Virus record (IMG/VR): IMGVR_UViG_3300026549_000035
Span: 32,918 to 96,917 of that record
Origin: a virus
Strand: one strand, 5' to 3'
DNA: 64,000 nucleotides
A program made the position numbers and the translations under genes. The notes below the pieces were generated by a model, which saw nothing but the letters and a program-made list of their open reading frames with translations, was not told the origin of the DNA and did no database searches. Below are positions 1-13,900 of this stretch, in pieces (position 1 is the stretch's first letter; each line of letters starts with the position of its first letter).

Positions 1-881
1 GACGTGGTAACTCTCGTCTTATTGCTTGGGAAGGTGAAAGAACTGTTACTTTTACTATGGAAGATGCTCTTATTTCACCCGCAGGTTTTTCTATTTTAAC
101 TGGCGCAGGTTTAATTGACGCAACAGCTGAAAAGCCTATGTATATTCATAAAACAGAACAAACTGATAAAGTTACTATTACTAAATCTGGTGATGACATT
201 ACTCAAGTTTCAATTGTTTTATCAGAAACCCCGTATATTGGTAGTAATAAAGATTCAGAAGATTATATTTATGTAATGCTTCTTGACGATAATGGTGAAG
301 TAATTTCTGAGCCTTATATTGCAACTGAAGGAACATCTACTAATACTATTACAATTTTAGCAGATGAAACTTCTGAAAATCAATCTGATAATGGTTATGG
401 AGAAGGAAAATATCGTAAAAATGATTTAAGTGGTTTTAAGAACAATGGAATCGTTTTAGTAGATTATTATGTTGAAAAAACATCTGGTGCTTTCCAAATT
501 GACATTACTCCAGATAAATTTGGTGGTAACTTCTATCTTGAAGCTTCTACCTTGTTTAGAGCTACTAATGGTGTAGATATGCCTGCTGAATTTGTTATTC
601 CTAACTGTAAGATTCAGTCCAATTTTACTTTCACAATGGCATCTTCTGGAGACCCATCAACCTTTACATTCACTATGGACGCATTCCCAGATTATACTAG
701 ATGGGATAAAACTAAGAAGGTATTTGCTGCTATTCAAGTAATTGAAGATAGTGTAACTAATGCTGAACTTGAGCGTTTAGGAACTGGTCATGATTTTGGT
801 AAGGCTACTACTGGAACAAACCATGCTGAACCTTATGCAACTTATGTTACTGATCAAAAAGATCATATTGAGAAAGTTTAA
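1..881 (+). CDS. tail structural protein paralog A (5' truncated; putative major tail/tube protein)
   Basis: Frame-0 ORF continues from the window start (RGNSRLIAWEGERTVTFTMEDALISP...) and is about 55% identical to the downstream paralog. It contains no TAG codons and ends TAA at 879-881. It lies upstream of chaperone-like genes and the tape measure gene. Confidence 0.6.
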   Translation, partial: RGNSRLIAWEGERTVTFTMEDALISPAGFSILTGAGLIDATAEKPMYIHKTEQTDKVTITKSGDDITQVSIVLSETPYIGSNKDSEDYIYVMLLDDNGEVISEPYIATEGTSTNTITILADETSENQSDNGYGEGKYRKNDLSGFKNNGIVLVDYYVEKTSGAFQIDITPDKFGGNFYLEASTLFRATNGVDMPAEFVIPNCKIQSNFTFTMASSGDPSTFTFTMDAFPDYTRWDKTKKVFAAIQVIEDSVTNAELERLGTGHDFGKATTGTNHAEPYATYVTDQKDHIEKV

Positions 882-898
882 TTGAATAATTTTTAACT

Positions 899-943
899 AA
901 AGGGAAAGGGATTTAATTCCCTTTCCCTTTATTTTTTTATATA
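899..943 (+). terminator. rho-independent terminator
   Basis: GC hairpin AAAGGGAAAGGGATTTAATTCCCTTTCCCTTT followed by a T-run. Confidence 0.7.
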
Positions 944-968
944 TATTAAAAAAGAAAGGAGAAAAACT

Positions 969-2570
969 ATGAAATTTGGCGTTCGTGAAATTTGTGATGT
1001 AGTCTTAAGAGCCAAATCAGCTATGAAAATTGGTAATAAAGTTTTTTATAAAAATGAACCAGTTTTATATTTTGACACTTTAAAGACTTCTGCTTTAGAA
1101 AATGCTACAAATACGGTATATGCATAGGGTGGAAGAGGAAATGCCAAATTAATTGCTTGGGAAGGCGAAAAGACTATTACTTTTACTATGGAAGACGCGC
1201 TTATTTCTCCTATGGGATTATCTGTTTTAACAGGAGCGGGATTGGTTAAAGCGGAAGAAAAATCTATTATAGTTCATAAGACTGAAATTACTAATAAAGT
1301 TATAAATATTGGTCCAGGTTTTCCAAATAATGTAGGGATTAAAATTACTTTAAAGAATAAGCCTTACATCAATAAAGATAATATAAAATCTGAAGATTAT
1401 ATTTATGTAATGCTACTTGATGAAAAGGGGGAAGTTTGTTCAGAGCCTTATATAGCAAGTGAAACAGAAGAATAGCTCTTAAACAATAAAGAAATAAGTA
1501 TTTATAAAAATGAATCTACATATTATTCAGATAATAATAAAAGAAAAAATGATTTATCTAAATTTTATGAAGGTTGTTCAGTTTTAGTAGATTATTATAC
1601 TGAAGTAACAGAAAAAGTTTATTAGGTAAATATTACTCCAGAAGATTTCAGCGGTAATTTTTATCTTGAGGCTTCAACTTTATTTAGAACTTCAAATGGA
1701 GTTGATATGCCTGCTGAATTTATTATTCCTAATTGTAAGATTCAATCAAATTTCACTTTTACAATGGCATCTTCTGGTGACCCTACCACTTTTAATTTCG
1801 TAATTGACGCATTTCCAGACTATACTCGATGGAACAAAGATAAGAAAGTTTTTGCGGCGATATAGGTAATTGAATAGAATGAAATTACCTCTAAATTAGA
1901 AAGATTAGGAACTCCGCATAATTATAAAAGTGATGAAGATTATAATCCATTTTTAACATATAAAAAAGAACAAGAACAATATATTACTGATGAATCAGAA
2001 GAATTACTTAATGATATATTCACTTCCATTGATGTAGATGGAAAAATTTATGAAAACGTAGGATATAGAAAGAATGCCGCGTTAGTTTCTAGCAATATAG
2101 TTGGAGGAAGTGAAGGATATACAGTTACAGGTTTTATTCCTTATAGTTATGGATAGGATATTAATATCGTTGGCTTTACTAAAGAGGGAGGAGATTTTTA
2201 GTGTATTTACCTTTATAGTGATAATCATTATACTAATTCCAGATAGATAAAATGTAATGGAAAAGAAGGTATACAAAAATTCTCTCCATATGGCGATGAT
2301 TATAAAAATAAAAAATATATTCGTGTTTGTTTTTATAATACTAATCTTAGTGAAATGGCGGTCTTAGTATCTGGAAATCCAATCTCTCCAGAAGAAGAAT
2401 CTAATAATAATTTACAATCTTTATCTTTATCACCTAATTTAAATTTACAATCTAATAATAATGAAGAAGAGTCAATTTCTCCAGAAGAAGAAGTATCTAA
2501 TTTAGTAGACGAGGATTTAGATATATCTGATATTATTTCTCTTTTGGAAGAAGAAGAGAAAAAAGAATAA
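969..2570 (+). CDS. tail structural protein paralog B (about 533 aa) with acidic low-complexity C-terminal extension
   Basis: ATG at 969 with RBS AAAGGAG. Frame 0 runs unbroken to TAA at 2570 once roughly 6 in-frame TAGs are read as sense. It is homologous to paralog A over the N- and C-terminal blocks (…GNFYLEASTLFR…PNCKIQSNFTFTMASSGDP…). The C-terminus is a tail rich in E, S, N and L. Confidence 0.6.
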
Positions 2571-2599
2571 TTATTTTTTGAGATAAAGGAGTGAAAAAA

Positions 2600-3628
2600 A
2601 TGGATGAATTTGTAAACTTAATTGATTATTATATTTTAGAAAATTTTGAAGAAGAAGCTCCAGAAAGTTTAACTGAGCGAAAAATAGCAGTAAGTGGTCA
2701 AATTGCTAGATTAAGATAGATTTATACTTCCTTAGAAGATGAAAAATTAATTTAGAAAAAAATTTTAACAACAAGATCATTATTATATAATATATTGAAA
2801 AATGAAGGAAATAGTCTTATAACAGAAGCTTTATAGGATGCGAAAATTAGAAATCGAATTGGTAAATTAATTTTTGAAGCTTATGAACTGACTTCAATGA
2901 TTTTAGTTAATATAGGTTTAATTGATCCAATTCACTTTACTTTTACATATGCTAGTAAAAAAGGAAATGTTTTTTATCGTTCTGAAAAAATGCAAATTGA
3001 TCCTAATAAGGATTTAAAATTTGAACTACGAAATAACCAACAGACCTTGGTTATACGTTTAAAAACTTCTGTTATACGTTAGAAATTATTAGAAAATTAG
3101 TTGGGTAAAGAAGACGGCGGTATTATAGTTGCTAAACATTATAAAAAGTTTATTGAACCATTTTTAGAAAATGAAAAAAAAGGTTCTTGGAAAATGAACG
3201 TTGGTGTAGCAACAGAAGCATTCGAGCGACATTGGGAATAGTTAAAACATAGTTTAACACCTCCTAATATGAATGATGCAGATTTAGGATCTGTTGGATC
3301 ACGTTGGGTATTATATAAAATGAGTAGCGGTTCTGATCCATATTATACTGGACCAGATACTGCTGAATCTTAGGTTAAAAATGCTAATGCTAGCATTATT
3401 TCTAATGCAGATACTGTTATCAATACAATTTAGGCAGTTTTGAAATTAGCTGATACAAATCTTGACATAACAGCTATTCAACAAATTGCAGCATAGTATA
3501 AATTAGCTTTTTAGTAGAAATAGGCTTCTATAGATAATATATTAAAAGGATTAGAAAATATTGTAGATGAAGATATTTTACAAGAGGCTAAAGAAGCTAT
3601 AGCAGCAAATCCAAATTTAATAAAATAA
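2600..3628 (+). CDS. hypothetical protein (possible tail assembly chaperone), about 342 aa
   Basis: ATG at about 2600 after RBS AAAGGAGTG. Frame 2 is open to TAA at about 3628 with about 12 TAG codons and no TAA or TGA over more than 340 codons. It sits between the tail tube genes and the tape measure gene. Confidence 0.45.
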
Positions 3629-3698
3629 AAATTGACAAAAAGAAAAAATTTTGTTAAAATATATATAGAAATAATAAGAGAAAAAGGAGTGTTTATTT

Positions 3699-4145
3699 AT
3701 GGCAAATAATTATTGTATTTATATGCATAAGAATAAAATTAATAATAAAGTATATATTGGACAAAGTTGTAATATTAAAGTAAGATGGCACCCTATTTCT
3801 TATAAAGGTAGTTCATATTTTTATAACGCTATAAAAAAATATGGATGGAATAATTTTGAACATATTATTTTAGAAAATAATTTATCTTTAGAAGAAGCTG
3901 ATAAAAAAGAAAAATATTATATTAAATTATATGATTTTGTTAATAGAGATAAAGGATATAATTTAAAAAATGGTGGAAATAATGGATATCAACTATCTAA
4001 AGAAACTATTCAAAAAATTAAAAATAGTAATAAAATTTATGCAGAAATGCATAAAGAAGATTATATCCAAAGATTAGAAAAAGCTCATACTAAAGCTAGA
4101 AAAAAGGTAATATGTTTAAATAATAATAAAATTTTTGATAGTTAG
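3699..4145 (+). CDS. GIY-YIG homing endonuclease (free-standing)
   Basis: ORF track: YIYMHKNKINNKVYIGQS…RWH…YNAIKKYGWNNF…GYNLKNGG. It contains no TAG codon and lies between two tail-module genes. Confidence 0.85.
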   Translation: MANNYCIYMHKNKINNKVYIGQSCNIKVRWHPISYKGSSYFYNAIKKYGWNNFEHIILENNLSLEEADKKEKYYIKLYDFVNRDKGYNLKNGGNNGYQLSKETIQKIKNSNKIYAEMHKEDYIQRLEKAHTKARKKVICLNNNKIFDS

Positions 4146-4290
4146 CTTATAGCTGCAAATTATGCAGGTTTAAAAAATAGTGCTCCTATTAGTAGATGTT
4201 GTAAAGGTGAAAGAAAAACAGCGGGAAAAGATCCTATAACAGGAGAAAGATTAAAATGGAATTTTTATGAATTAAAGGAGGAAAACAATT

Positions 4291-4815
4291 ATGAGTAAAG
4301 TATCATTTACAAAACTTGGTTTAACTAAAAATACACAAGTTGGAAAATTTAACTGGAATGGATAGGAAATTGAGGTAAAAGCATATCTTCCTATTCAAGA
4401 AAAATTAGAATTGATTAGTAGTGTTATTAATCAGTGTCAAGATGAAAACAATTTTATTAATGACGCAAAAATGGCTATGTATTTAGATTTAGAAACTGCA
4501 TATCATTATACAAACATTAACTTTACAGATAAATTAAAATCTGATCCAGCTAAATTATATGATTTATTAGCAGGAAGTGGATTTTTACAAGATATGTATG
4601 CGGTTTTGCCATAGACAGAGTCGAGAGGTCTAGCTATTTGGTTAGATAAGACCGCAAATCATATTTATGATTATCGAAATAGCGCTTACGGCATTTTAGA
4701 CGCTTTAAAAACCGACTATGAAAATTTAGATTTTGACGCGGAAACATTAAGACAAAAAATTGCAGATCCACAAACGTTAGATATATTAAAAGGTGTATTA
4801 ACCAATTTTGGTTAA
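4291..4815 (+). CDS. hypothetical protein (possible tail assembly chaperone), 174 aa
   Basis: RBS AGGAGG precedes ATG 4291. Frame 1 is open to TAA at 4813-4815 with 2 internal TAGs. The gene sits immediately upstream of the tape measure gene. Confidence 0.45.
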
Positions 4816-4857
4816 TACAATATGTTAAATCTTCTAATTGTAATAGAAGTAATCTTA

Positions 4858-4900
4858 GGGATAGGAAAAAAGATTATTTTCCTATCCCTTTATTTTTTTA
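4858..4900 (+). terminator. rho-independent terminator
   Basis: GGGATAGGAAAAAAGATTATTTTCCTATCCC hairpin followed by TTTATTTTTTT. Confidence 0.7.
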
Positions 4901-4926
4901 ATAGAGAGAGAAAGGAGTAATAATAA

Positions 4927-7900
4927 ATGGCTAAACAACTATATGTTAATTTAGATGTTAGAGCAAATACCTAGCAAGCAAAGAATGAATTTTAGAGTTT
5001 ATAGAAATCTTTATCTGATATTATTGTATAGACAAATAAAATAAGCAATACATCAATTGATTCTACTTCTTTAAGACAAGCTTCTTCTGCAGCTTAGGAA
5101 TTGTAGCGTCATTTATCAAATGCTGTTAATATTGATACTGGAAAGTTGGATTTAAATAAATTAAATACTAGTTTAAAATAGTCTAAAACTAATATTGGAG
5201 AACTTTCTGGAAAGTTATTATCTGTAGGTTCATCTGGAGAATAGGCTTTTGTGAAGTTGGCTCAATCAGTGGCATCTGCAGAAAGACCAATAGTTTCTTT
5301 AGGATCAAGAGTAAATGGTTTATTAACAACTTTAAAAAATACTGCTCGTTGGTAGATTTCTTCTAGCATTTTGCATGGATTCATGGGAGCCATTTAGAGT
5401 GCTTATGGATATGCATAGGATTTAAATAGATCTTTAAATAATATTAGAATCGTTACTGGGTAGAATGCTGATTAGATGAATGAATTTGCTGTCTCTGCGA
5501 ATAAAGCAGCAAAAGCATTAAATACATCTACTTTAAATTATACAGATGCATCTTTAATTTATTATCAATAGGGTATCAAAGATTAGAAAGAAATTGAAGA
5601 TAGAACTGCTACTACCATTAAATTAGCAAACGTTTCTCGTTAGAGTGCTGAAGAAGTATCTAGTTAGATGACTGCGATTTGGAATAACTTTGAAGATGGA
5701 AGTCATTCTTTAGAGTATTATGCGGACGTAATTACTAAATTAGGTGCAACTACTGCTTCAAGTTCTTCTGAAATTTCTGAAGGTATTTCTAAATTTGCTT
5801 CAGTTGCTGATACTGTTGGATTAAGTTATGATAAGGCGGCAGCTTCTGTGGCTACCGTTGTAGCTGAAACTAGACAAAGCGCAGATACTGTTGGTACAGC
5901 TTTTAAAACAATGTTTGCTCGTGTAGAAGGTCTTAAGCTTGGCGAGACTTTAGAGGATGGAGTAGATTTAAATAAATATTCTACAGCATTAAAAACAGTA
6001 GGAGTAAACATTCTTGATTCTAATAAAGAATTAAAGGGAATGGATACTATTTTAGATGAATTGGGTAAGAAATGGAATAGTATAAGTGAAACTCAACAAA
6101 TAGCTTTAGCTCAAACTGTGGCGGGTGTTAGACAATATACTCAATTCATGTCATTAATGAATAATTATGATAAGGTTTTATAGAATGAAAAAATGGCTGA
6201 AGGATCTTCTGGAACTCTTCAAGAATAGGCTGATACTTATGCTGAAAGTTGGGAAGCAGCATAGAAAAGAGTTAAAGCTACAGCTCAAGGTCTTTATGAT
6301 GATTTATTAGATGATAAATTTTTTATTGGTTTAAATAATGTTTTTGCGGATTTATTAACTGGATTAAGTAACTTTATTAAAGGAATAGGCGGACTTAAAG
6401 GTGTCTTAATGGGCGTTGGTTCATTAGTTTTAAATTATATTTCTGATAAAATTTAGCCAGCTTTATCAAATTTAAAAAATACTGCAATAACAATGTTTTA
6501 GAGTCCTGCTAAACAAGCTCAAGTTTATAAAGACTTAATGGACAAAATTATTAGTTAGGCTAAGAATATTTCAAAAGACAGTATGACAGATTCTTTAAAA
6601 ACTAAATTATAGTATACTGATTAGTTATCAACAGCAAAAAATCGTTTAATGTCTGTTGATAAACAATTAACCGAAGCTGAAAAATAGCAAGCTTAGTAGC
6701 AATTAAACATTATTGATATGTATTATTAGGAAACTCAAGCTATTGCTAATAAATTAACTAAAGAAAAAGAAGAGATTGAAGTTGCTGTATCTTCTTTGTC
6801 TACAAATCAAGCTGTTATAGCTATAGAAGAATCTAGAAAAGATGAATTAGCAGGTTTAATTGAACTTTAGAATCAAGCTAGAGAGGGATATGAAAAAGCT
6901 TCTGGTTTTGCTGAGATTATTGAAGCTGCTGAAGCTTATAGAAAAGCTGCTGCTGAAGTTGAAAAATTTAAAACTGAAACTGATTTATTAGCATCTACAG
7001 AAGAAGATCTTGTTATTGAATTAAGAAATGGTTATGATATAATAATGTAGCAATCTAAAGGGTTAGCTGAAGGTGATGGAATAGTTATCAATTTAGGATA
7101 GCATTTAGGAACAACGGCAGAAGGATTTAAAGTATTAGCAGATAAAGCTCGTCAAGCTATGAATGGAACATCTTCAATAACAAAAGGAGAATTAATAAAA
7201 GAGTTTCGTAATCTTCAAGTTATTTTAGATTAGCTTGGTTTATCAAAAATTCCTCAAGTTGAAGACAAATTGTCAAAACTACTCTCTAAAGGAAAGAGAA
7301 CAAATTTAAAAGATTTAGAATCTGGATTTAAAGAATTATTTAATATATTAACTAATTTAAAAATTCCTGTAAGCAAAGATGCAGAATAGATTGAATGGTT
7401 ACGAAAGTTATTAATAGAAACTTTTAAAGATGGTAAAAATATTGAATATTTAAATGGATTATATAATAAAGCTGGAAAAAGTGCTGAAAATTTAGCAAAT
7501 TCTTAGAATCATTTAAATACTGCTCTTGCCTCTTTTAATCCTTAGCATATGATGTCTGGAGTAGAAGTTTTTTCAAAAATTAGTGCAGCTGGAATGCAAG
7601 CAGCGATGGTTATAAATAGTGTTAAATCAATTATTTCAGCTTGGCAGGATGAAGATATGGATCCACTTGAAAAATTTACTACTACATTAATGGGTATTAG
7701 TATGATTGTTCCAGGTGTAATTAGTTCTATTTAGGGAATTTCAACTGTAATGACTGCTTTAACTGCTGCTCATTCGCTTTTAAATATTTAGACTTAGTTA
7801 GGAATAGGTTTAAATGGAGAAAAAATTGCAGTAGATAGTGCGGAAACAGCAGAGACGATATCTAAAACAGCCGCAAATACAGGATTATTAAGTTCTGAAC

Positions 7901-10900
7901 AAGCTTTATTTGCTTAGGAAATGATGATTCAAGCAATAAAAATAAAAGGATCTGCTCTTAATGCTAAAGAAGTAGCTACCATTATTGCTAAAGCAGGTGC
8001 TACAAACATTAATACAGCTGCTTTAGGAGGAGAAGCAATTGCTACAGAAGCGGCAACTGCTGCTCAGTGGAGTTTAAATGCAGCTATGGATGCAAATCCA
8101 ATTGGGTTAATTATAGTTGCTATTATGGCATTAATTGCTGCTTTAGCTCTATTGGTAGTAGGTATTGCGGCTGTTGTTAATGCTAAATCGGAAGAAGAAA
8201 AAGCTTTAGAAAAAGCCAATAAAGAATTAGAAAAAGCTCAAGAAGAAGCTAAAGCAGCTAAAGAAGCTTATGAAAATTTATATAGTAAAGTTTCTGATTA
8301 TAAAACTGCGTATGAGGCTTTATAGAAATGCACTAAAGGAACTAAAGAATGGAAAGAAGCTTTTGAAGAAGTTTCAAATAAAGCTAATGAATTAATAGAA
8401 GCTTATCCAGATTTATTAAAATATGAAAATCTTTTTGATGCAAATGGATTAATTAATTCTAAAGCTCTAGATAAAGCTTTAAAAGAATATGAAGATAGAG
8501 TTTCTGCTACAAAAATTACTACAATTTAGAAACAAGCTAATGTAACATCTGCTCAATATGAAGTAAATAAATCAAATTTATCTGATAAAATAAAAATTAA
8601 TGATGTTAATGAACAATCTGCAAATAATATAGCTAAAGCTATAACTAGTAGTTTAAATTATCATCCAGTCGAAGCAGGAAAAGCTTTAGTTTCTAGTATT
8701 GAATCTGCGCAATTGGATGAAAAAATTTCAAATGGAGTTACTTCAGCTTTATTAGCTAACAAGGATAAAATAAATAATTATTTTGATTCAGAGTCTGTCA
8801 GTGAAGTTATTAAAAATTATTTAGAAAAAAATGCTGAAGAATATTCTTTAGATAATTCAAGAATAGACGAATTGACAAATGAATTTACTAAAAAAACAAT
8901 TTCTTTAGGAAATGACTTCGCTGATTTATCAGCTGAAACTAAAAAGACTATTACTGCGATGACAAATGCTTCTAAAATGATAGCACAAGAATTCTTTGGT
9001 GAAGAATTAAATATGTCTAATCCAGAAAAAATTCTTTCTTATAATGAGGCTTTATAGAATTATTAGATTGAGACAGAAGAAAAAATAATAAATGCAATGA
9101 ATAACGCTACCGTTGAGGCAACTGAAAAAATGGTGCAAAGTCGTGGTGCGGCTGGTATGACAACTGGAGGAATAATTTCAGAAGATTCTTATTTAAATGA
9201 AATTGGTCAAACTTATATTAATAACAATACAGATGAAGAAAAAAAGAATTGGAAATTTAAAAATGTTAGAAATGATTATTGGAATGGTACTTTAGAATAT
9301 GTATATGTAGATGAAAAAGGAGCAGAATAGGAAATAAGTGCTGATCTAGTAAAAGATTTTATGGTATAGTATGAAGCTCAAAGAGATAGAGATAAAATTA
9401 TAGCAGAAGGAGAAACGAATTCAAAAAATCAATAGTCAGATTCAGAAAAAGCTATATCCTAGTATTTAGTAAATTCAAATCTTAATGGAGCAACTATTAA
9501 ATAGGCTACAGTTTTATCCAAAATTTCAGATCCATTAGAAGCTTATTTTGGAGAAGATTATACTGATGATGATATTAAAGAAAAACTTGCTGTCGCGTGG
9601 GGAAAAGATGTTTCTGAAATTTCAGATGATGAATTTGAAACTTGGAAAAGTGGAATTGCAAGCAATTTAAAAGAAGTATAGGACATGATCGCAGAAACTC
9701 CTAATTTTATTAAAAAAGCTATGGGAGATGACTTAATTAATTCTTTAAGTGTAGAAGCTTTTCCAAAAGTTACTGAAATGTTTTCTTAGGCTTATGTTTA
9801 GAATGGTCAAGCTGGTGTAGATATGTTAAAGAGCATTGTTGATTCTGCGGGAGATGAATCTAGTTAGGTTATGGCTGCTTTATCAGATATGGACTTTGGC
9901 ACAATGAATATTGACGATGCTAATACTGCATTAAAAAATTTAGGAATCTAGTTTTAGTTAAGTGAAATATAGTTTTATAGTTTAAAAAATACTTTATAGG
10001 ATATTAGTACTGTTACCGCTGAAACAGCTAAAGAAACTTATAAGACTGTTTCTTCAATTCTTTCTAAGCTAAAAGCAGAAGGAGATATTATTGAAGATGA
10101 GGATTATTAGAAATTATTAGCTTTGAATCCTGCGATAGAGTCTTTTTTCATTACTTTAGCAGATGGAACTCATATGTTAACTGGAGAAGTAAAAGATTTT
10201 AAAACTGCTATGCAATCAGCTTCACTTAATCAATTACAATAGGTTTAGGAAAATTCTCAAAAGACAGCTTTAGCTTATGGAAAACTTTCTTCAAGTGGTT
10301 CAGTATCAGGATCTTTAAATAATATTAATGATTTTGAAAATAGTTCTTAGGCTGAAATATTAAATGCTCAAATTCAAGTTATGCGTGATTAGGGAGAAGT
10401 CGATCGTGCTAATAATTATGAAGTTCAATTAAAAGATGCTTTAGATACTGGAAATCTTGAAAAATTAAATCAAATTTTAGAAAATGGTAATTAGTCTTGG
10501 ATAGATTATGGCGTTTCAACTGAAGAGGCGACAAAAAAAATTGAAGAAGCTGAAAAAGAAGCTGGAGAGTTAACAGAAGCTATAAAAGAATAGTAGTATC
10601 AAAACGAAATTTCTAATGCTGGATTGGAATATGAAGCAACTGAAAATTATGCTGATGTATTAATGGAGCTTTATGAAGCAGAAGGTTTAAGTAAAGACGC
10701 GGCAAGAGAGTTAGCTATAGCTAATCAAAGAGTTGATAGAGGTTTAACTTCTTTAAATGATAATTTAGATGATTGGAAAACTAGTTTAGAAAAAACAAAT
10801 AAAGCTAGTGCTGAATATGCTGAAACTATTTCTGGATTAAGAGAATCTTTTTCTGATTTATTAAATATTGCAGATGGAAGTGAGTTATCTCTTAGTTGGA

Positions 10901-13900
10901 TTGAGAAGTGGGCTAAGAGCGCCGATATGACAAAAATCCTTGATGGAGATACAGAAGCCTTAGAAAGATTTAGAAAATCAGCTTTTACAGAAATGACTAC
11001 AAACGTATTTTCAGACATGAAAGATTCAGTTGAAGCTTTAATAGAAGATTTAGATTAGGTTAAAGATGCAGCTTATTTATCTGATTTATAGAATCTTTCA
11101 AATGTTTTAAATGATGGAACTTTTTCTGCTGAAAATTTACGAAATGCAATCTAGGATTTAGGAAATCAAGAGATTGGATCCGGCGCAACTTTAAGTGATG
11201 AGTATGTAGAATCTTTAAATAGTATGTTAGCTGCAGGTTTAATGACAGAGCAACAATTAAATGATATTTTTGCTACTATTGGATATAAACCAAAAGTTCG
11301 AACTGCGTCTGTTGATCAATGGGTTGAAATACCTATTTATAAAACAACCGAAGAAATTACTGAAGACACTTCTTCTGGTCTTATGAGTAATCTTTTTGGT
11401 GGAACTCGAAAATCTACTCGTACTGTTGTTTCAAAAACAGTGTAGACTGGTACAGAAAGAATGTTGCAAAAAGTGCCTGTCACTTAGATAGAATCTGCTG
11501 ATACAGCAGGAGGAAATATTGAAATTGTTAATGCAGGAAGTAATAACATTACTCCTTCTTATAGTTCTACTACAACGGGCTCAGGCAGTAACAGTGATTC
11601 TTCATCAAACTCTTCTTCAACACCTACTACTAAAGTAGCTTCTCATACTCATGAAATAAATCGTTATACAGCAGAAGAAAATGCTATTGATGGACTTTCA
11701 AAACAATATGAGAAACTTAATAATATTAAAGACAAGTCTTTTGGAAAAGGTAAAATTCAAGCTATTGAAAATGAAATTAAAGCTTTAAAAGAACTTAAAT
11801 AGGCTTCTACCAACTATATGGATGCTATCGTTGGTGATGGTAATGGTAAAAGAATTGCTGAAGCTATATATCGTGGTGAAAATATTGGCGATCTATTAAG
11901 AAATGGCGCAATTAGTGGTAATTTAGGTTCTGATTATAGAGCTTTAAGCTATGGCATTAGTGCTTCTGGAAAATAGGTTGAATATACTGCTAAAGATGAA
12001 GCAGGAAATGAATGGTTGGCTTCTCGAGATTATAATATAAATGATTTTAATGCCATGTTTGGAACTAACATTCATTTTGATTTAGACGCTTTTGGCAATA
12101 TACAAAATGCAGATTCTATTAGAAATTAGCTTCAATAGTTAAAAAATAATGAATCTGATGCTTATTCTAGTATTGCAGATCCAACTGCAAGCTCTACAAC
12201 TAGATATAATGAACGTATGGCTTATATTGATGAAATATTAGACCGTATGGACACTTTTGGAGATTCTATTAATACTCTAAGTGAACAATCTGAAGAATAT
12301 CTTGACTATATTACTTAGCTTCAAGAGAAAAATGCTGAATTAATTACTTCTAAAATGGAACTTGGAGTTGAATTAGGAGATAAGAGTTTACGAAGAATCG
12401 ATCGTGCTTTAAAAGTTTTAGGAAATGATATATATAGAAGTACTGAAGCTATGAAAAAAGCTTTTGAATTAAATGATCAAAAAATAGAGTCTTCTTAGGA
12501 AAAAGCTTAGTCTTATCAAGAGATGATGAACGAAGCTGAAAGAAGATTTGCTTTATATCAAAAAAATCCTTTAAATGAAGATGCTATTACTCCTGCCGAA
12601 TATGCTGAAATGCTTTCTACTGCTGAAGAAGGATTTGAGTCTATTGCAGATGAAATGCGAGAATATATGAATTATTTTTATGATATGTATTCTGGAATGC
12701 AAGATTATTGGGAAGAAAAAATATCTCGTATTACTAAACAAATGGAAGATAGTATTAAAGTTTTAGAATATTATCAAAAAGTTTTAGAGCTTACAGGGCG
12801 TTCTGGAGATTATGAATTAATTGGAAAAATTTTAGAGGGACAAGCAGAAACAGCTAAGACTATATTTGAAACTTCTCAAGCTCGAGCTGAATTAGCCAAG
12901 AAAGAATGGGAAAGACAAAAAGATGATCTTGAAAAAGCAAAATTAGATCCAACTCTTTCTAAAGATTTATTAGATACATTAGAAAATATGACTGAATTAG
13001 CTTATGAAAAATATGTTGAAGCAGTTGAAACTGCAAGAGAAGATTCCTTAAATTATTTAGAAATAACTCAAACTGCTTTTGAAAATAAAATTAAACAAAT
13101 GCGAGTTGAATCAGAAAAATTCTTGACTAACGGAAGTGATTTTGATAGTTTAAATAAATCTATGGAAAGACAAAAGAGTCTGTCTGAGGATTATTTAACT
13201 AAAACTAATTAGCTTTATGAAACTAATAAGATGTTACGTCAATTAAATCAAGATATTGATAAAACAGACAGTGTTATAGCTAAAAATAAATTAAAAGCAT
13301 TTGCAGATGAAATTTCAGCCATGCAAGACCAAGAGAAATTAAGTAATACTTCTTTAGAGATTGCTAAAGCGAAATATGAAATTTTATAGGCTCAAATTGC
13401 TTTAGAAGATGCCTAGAATGCAAAATCCACAGTATAGTTAAGAAGAGATTCTGAAGGTAATTATGGATATGTATACACAGCTGATGAAGAAGCTGTAAAT
13501 AATGCTTAGCAAAACTTAGAAGATAAAGTAAATGCTTTATATAATTTAGGTAAAAAAGCCAGTGAAGATTTTGCTGAACGAATGATTTAGTTAGAATAGG
13601 AAGAGTGGGCAGAAATTGAAGAAATAGCTAATAATACTATTCTAACTACTGATGAAAAGAATATTAAAATTGCTGAACTATAGGAATATTATAATGCTAA
13701 AAGATAGGCTCTTTCTGAGCAATATGAAGAAGCTAATTTGGCTCTTCAGCAAGGAGCAGTCGCGCAAAGACTTTTAATCACTGATAAATTTAATACTGAA
13801 AATCTTGATATTGAAAAAGTTGCGGCTGAAGCTAGAGCAGAAGCTTGGACAGAAAGTTTTGCTACTACAATAAAAGATTAGAATACTTATGAAGCACATT

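Noticed and set aside
2897-3082. Track ORF 2897..3082 as an independent small gene
   Set aside because: It is simply the longest Met-to-TAG segment of the continuous 2600-3628 reading frame.
5826-6011. Minus-strand ORF inside the tape measure gene (also 10725..11018 -)
   Set aside because: It is antisense to a long, motif-rich coding frame, has no RBS, and its composition matches a reverse-complement artefact.
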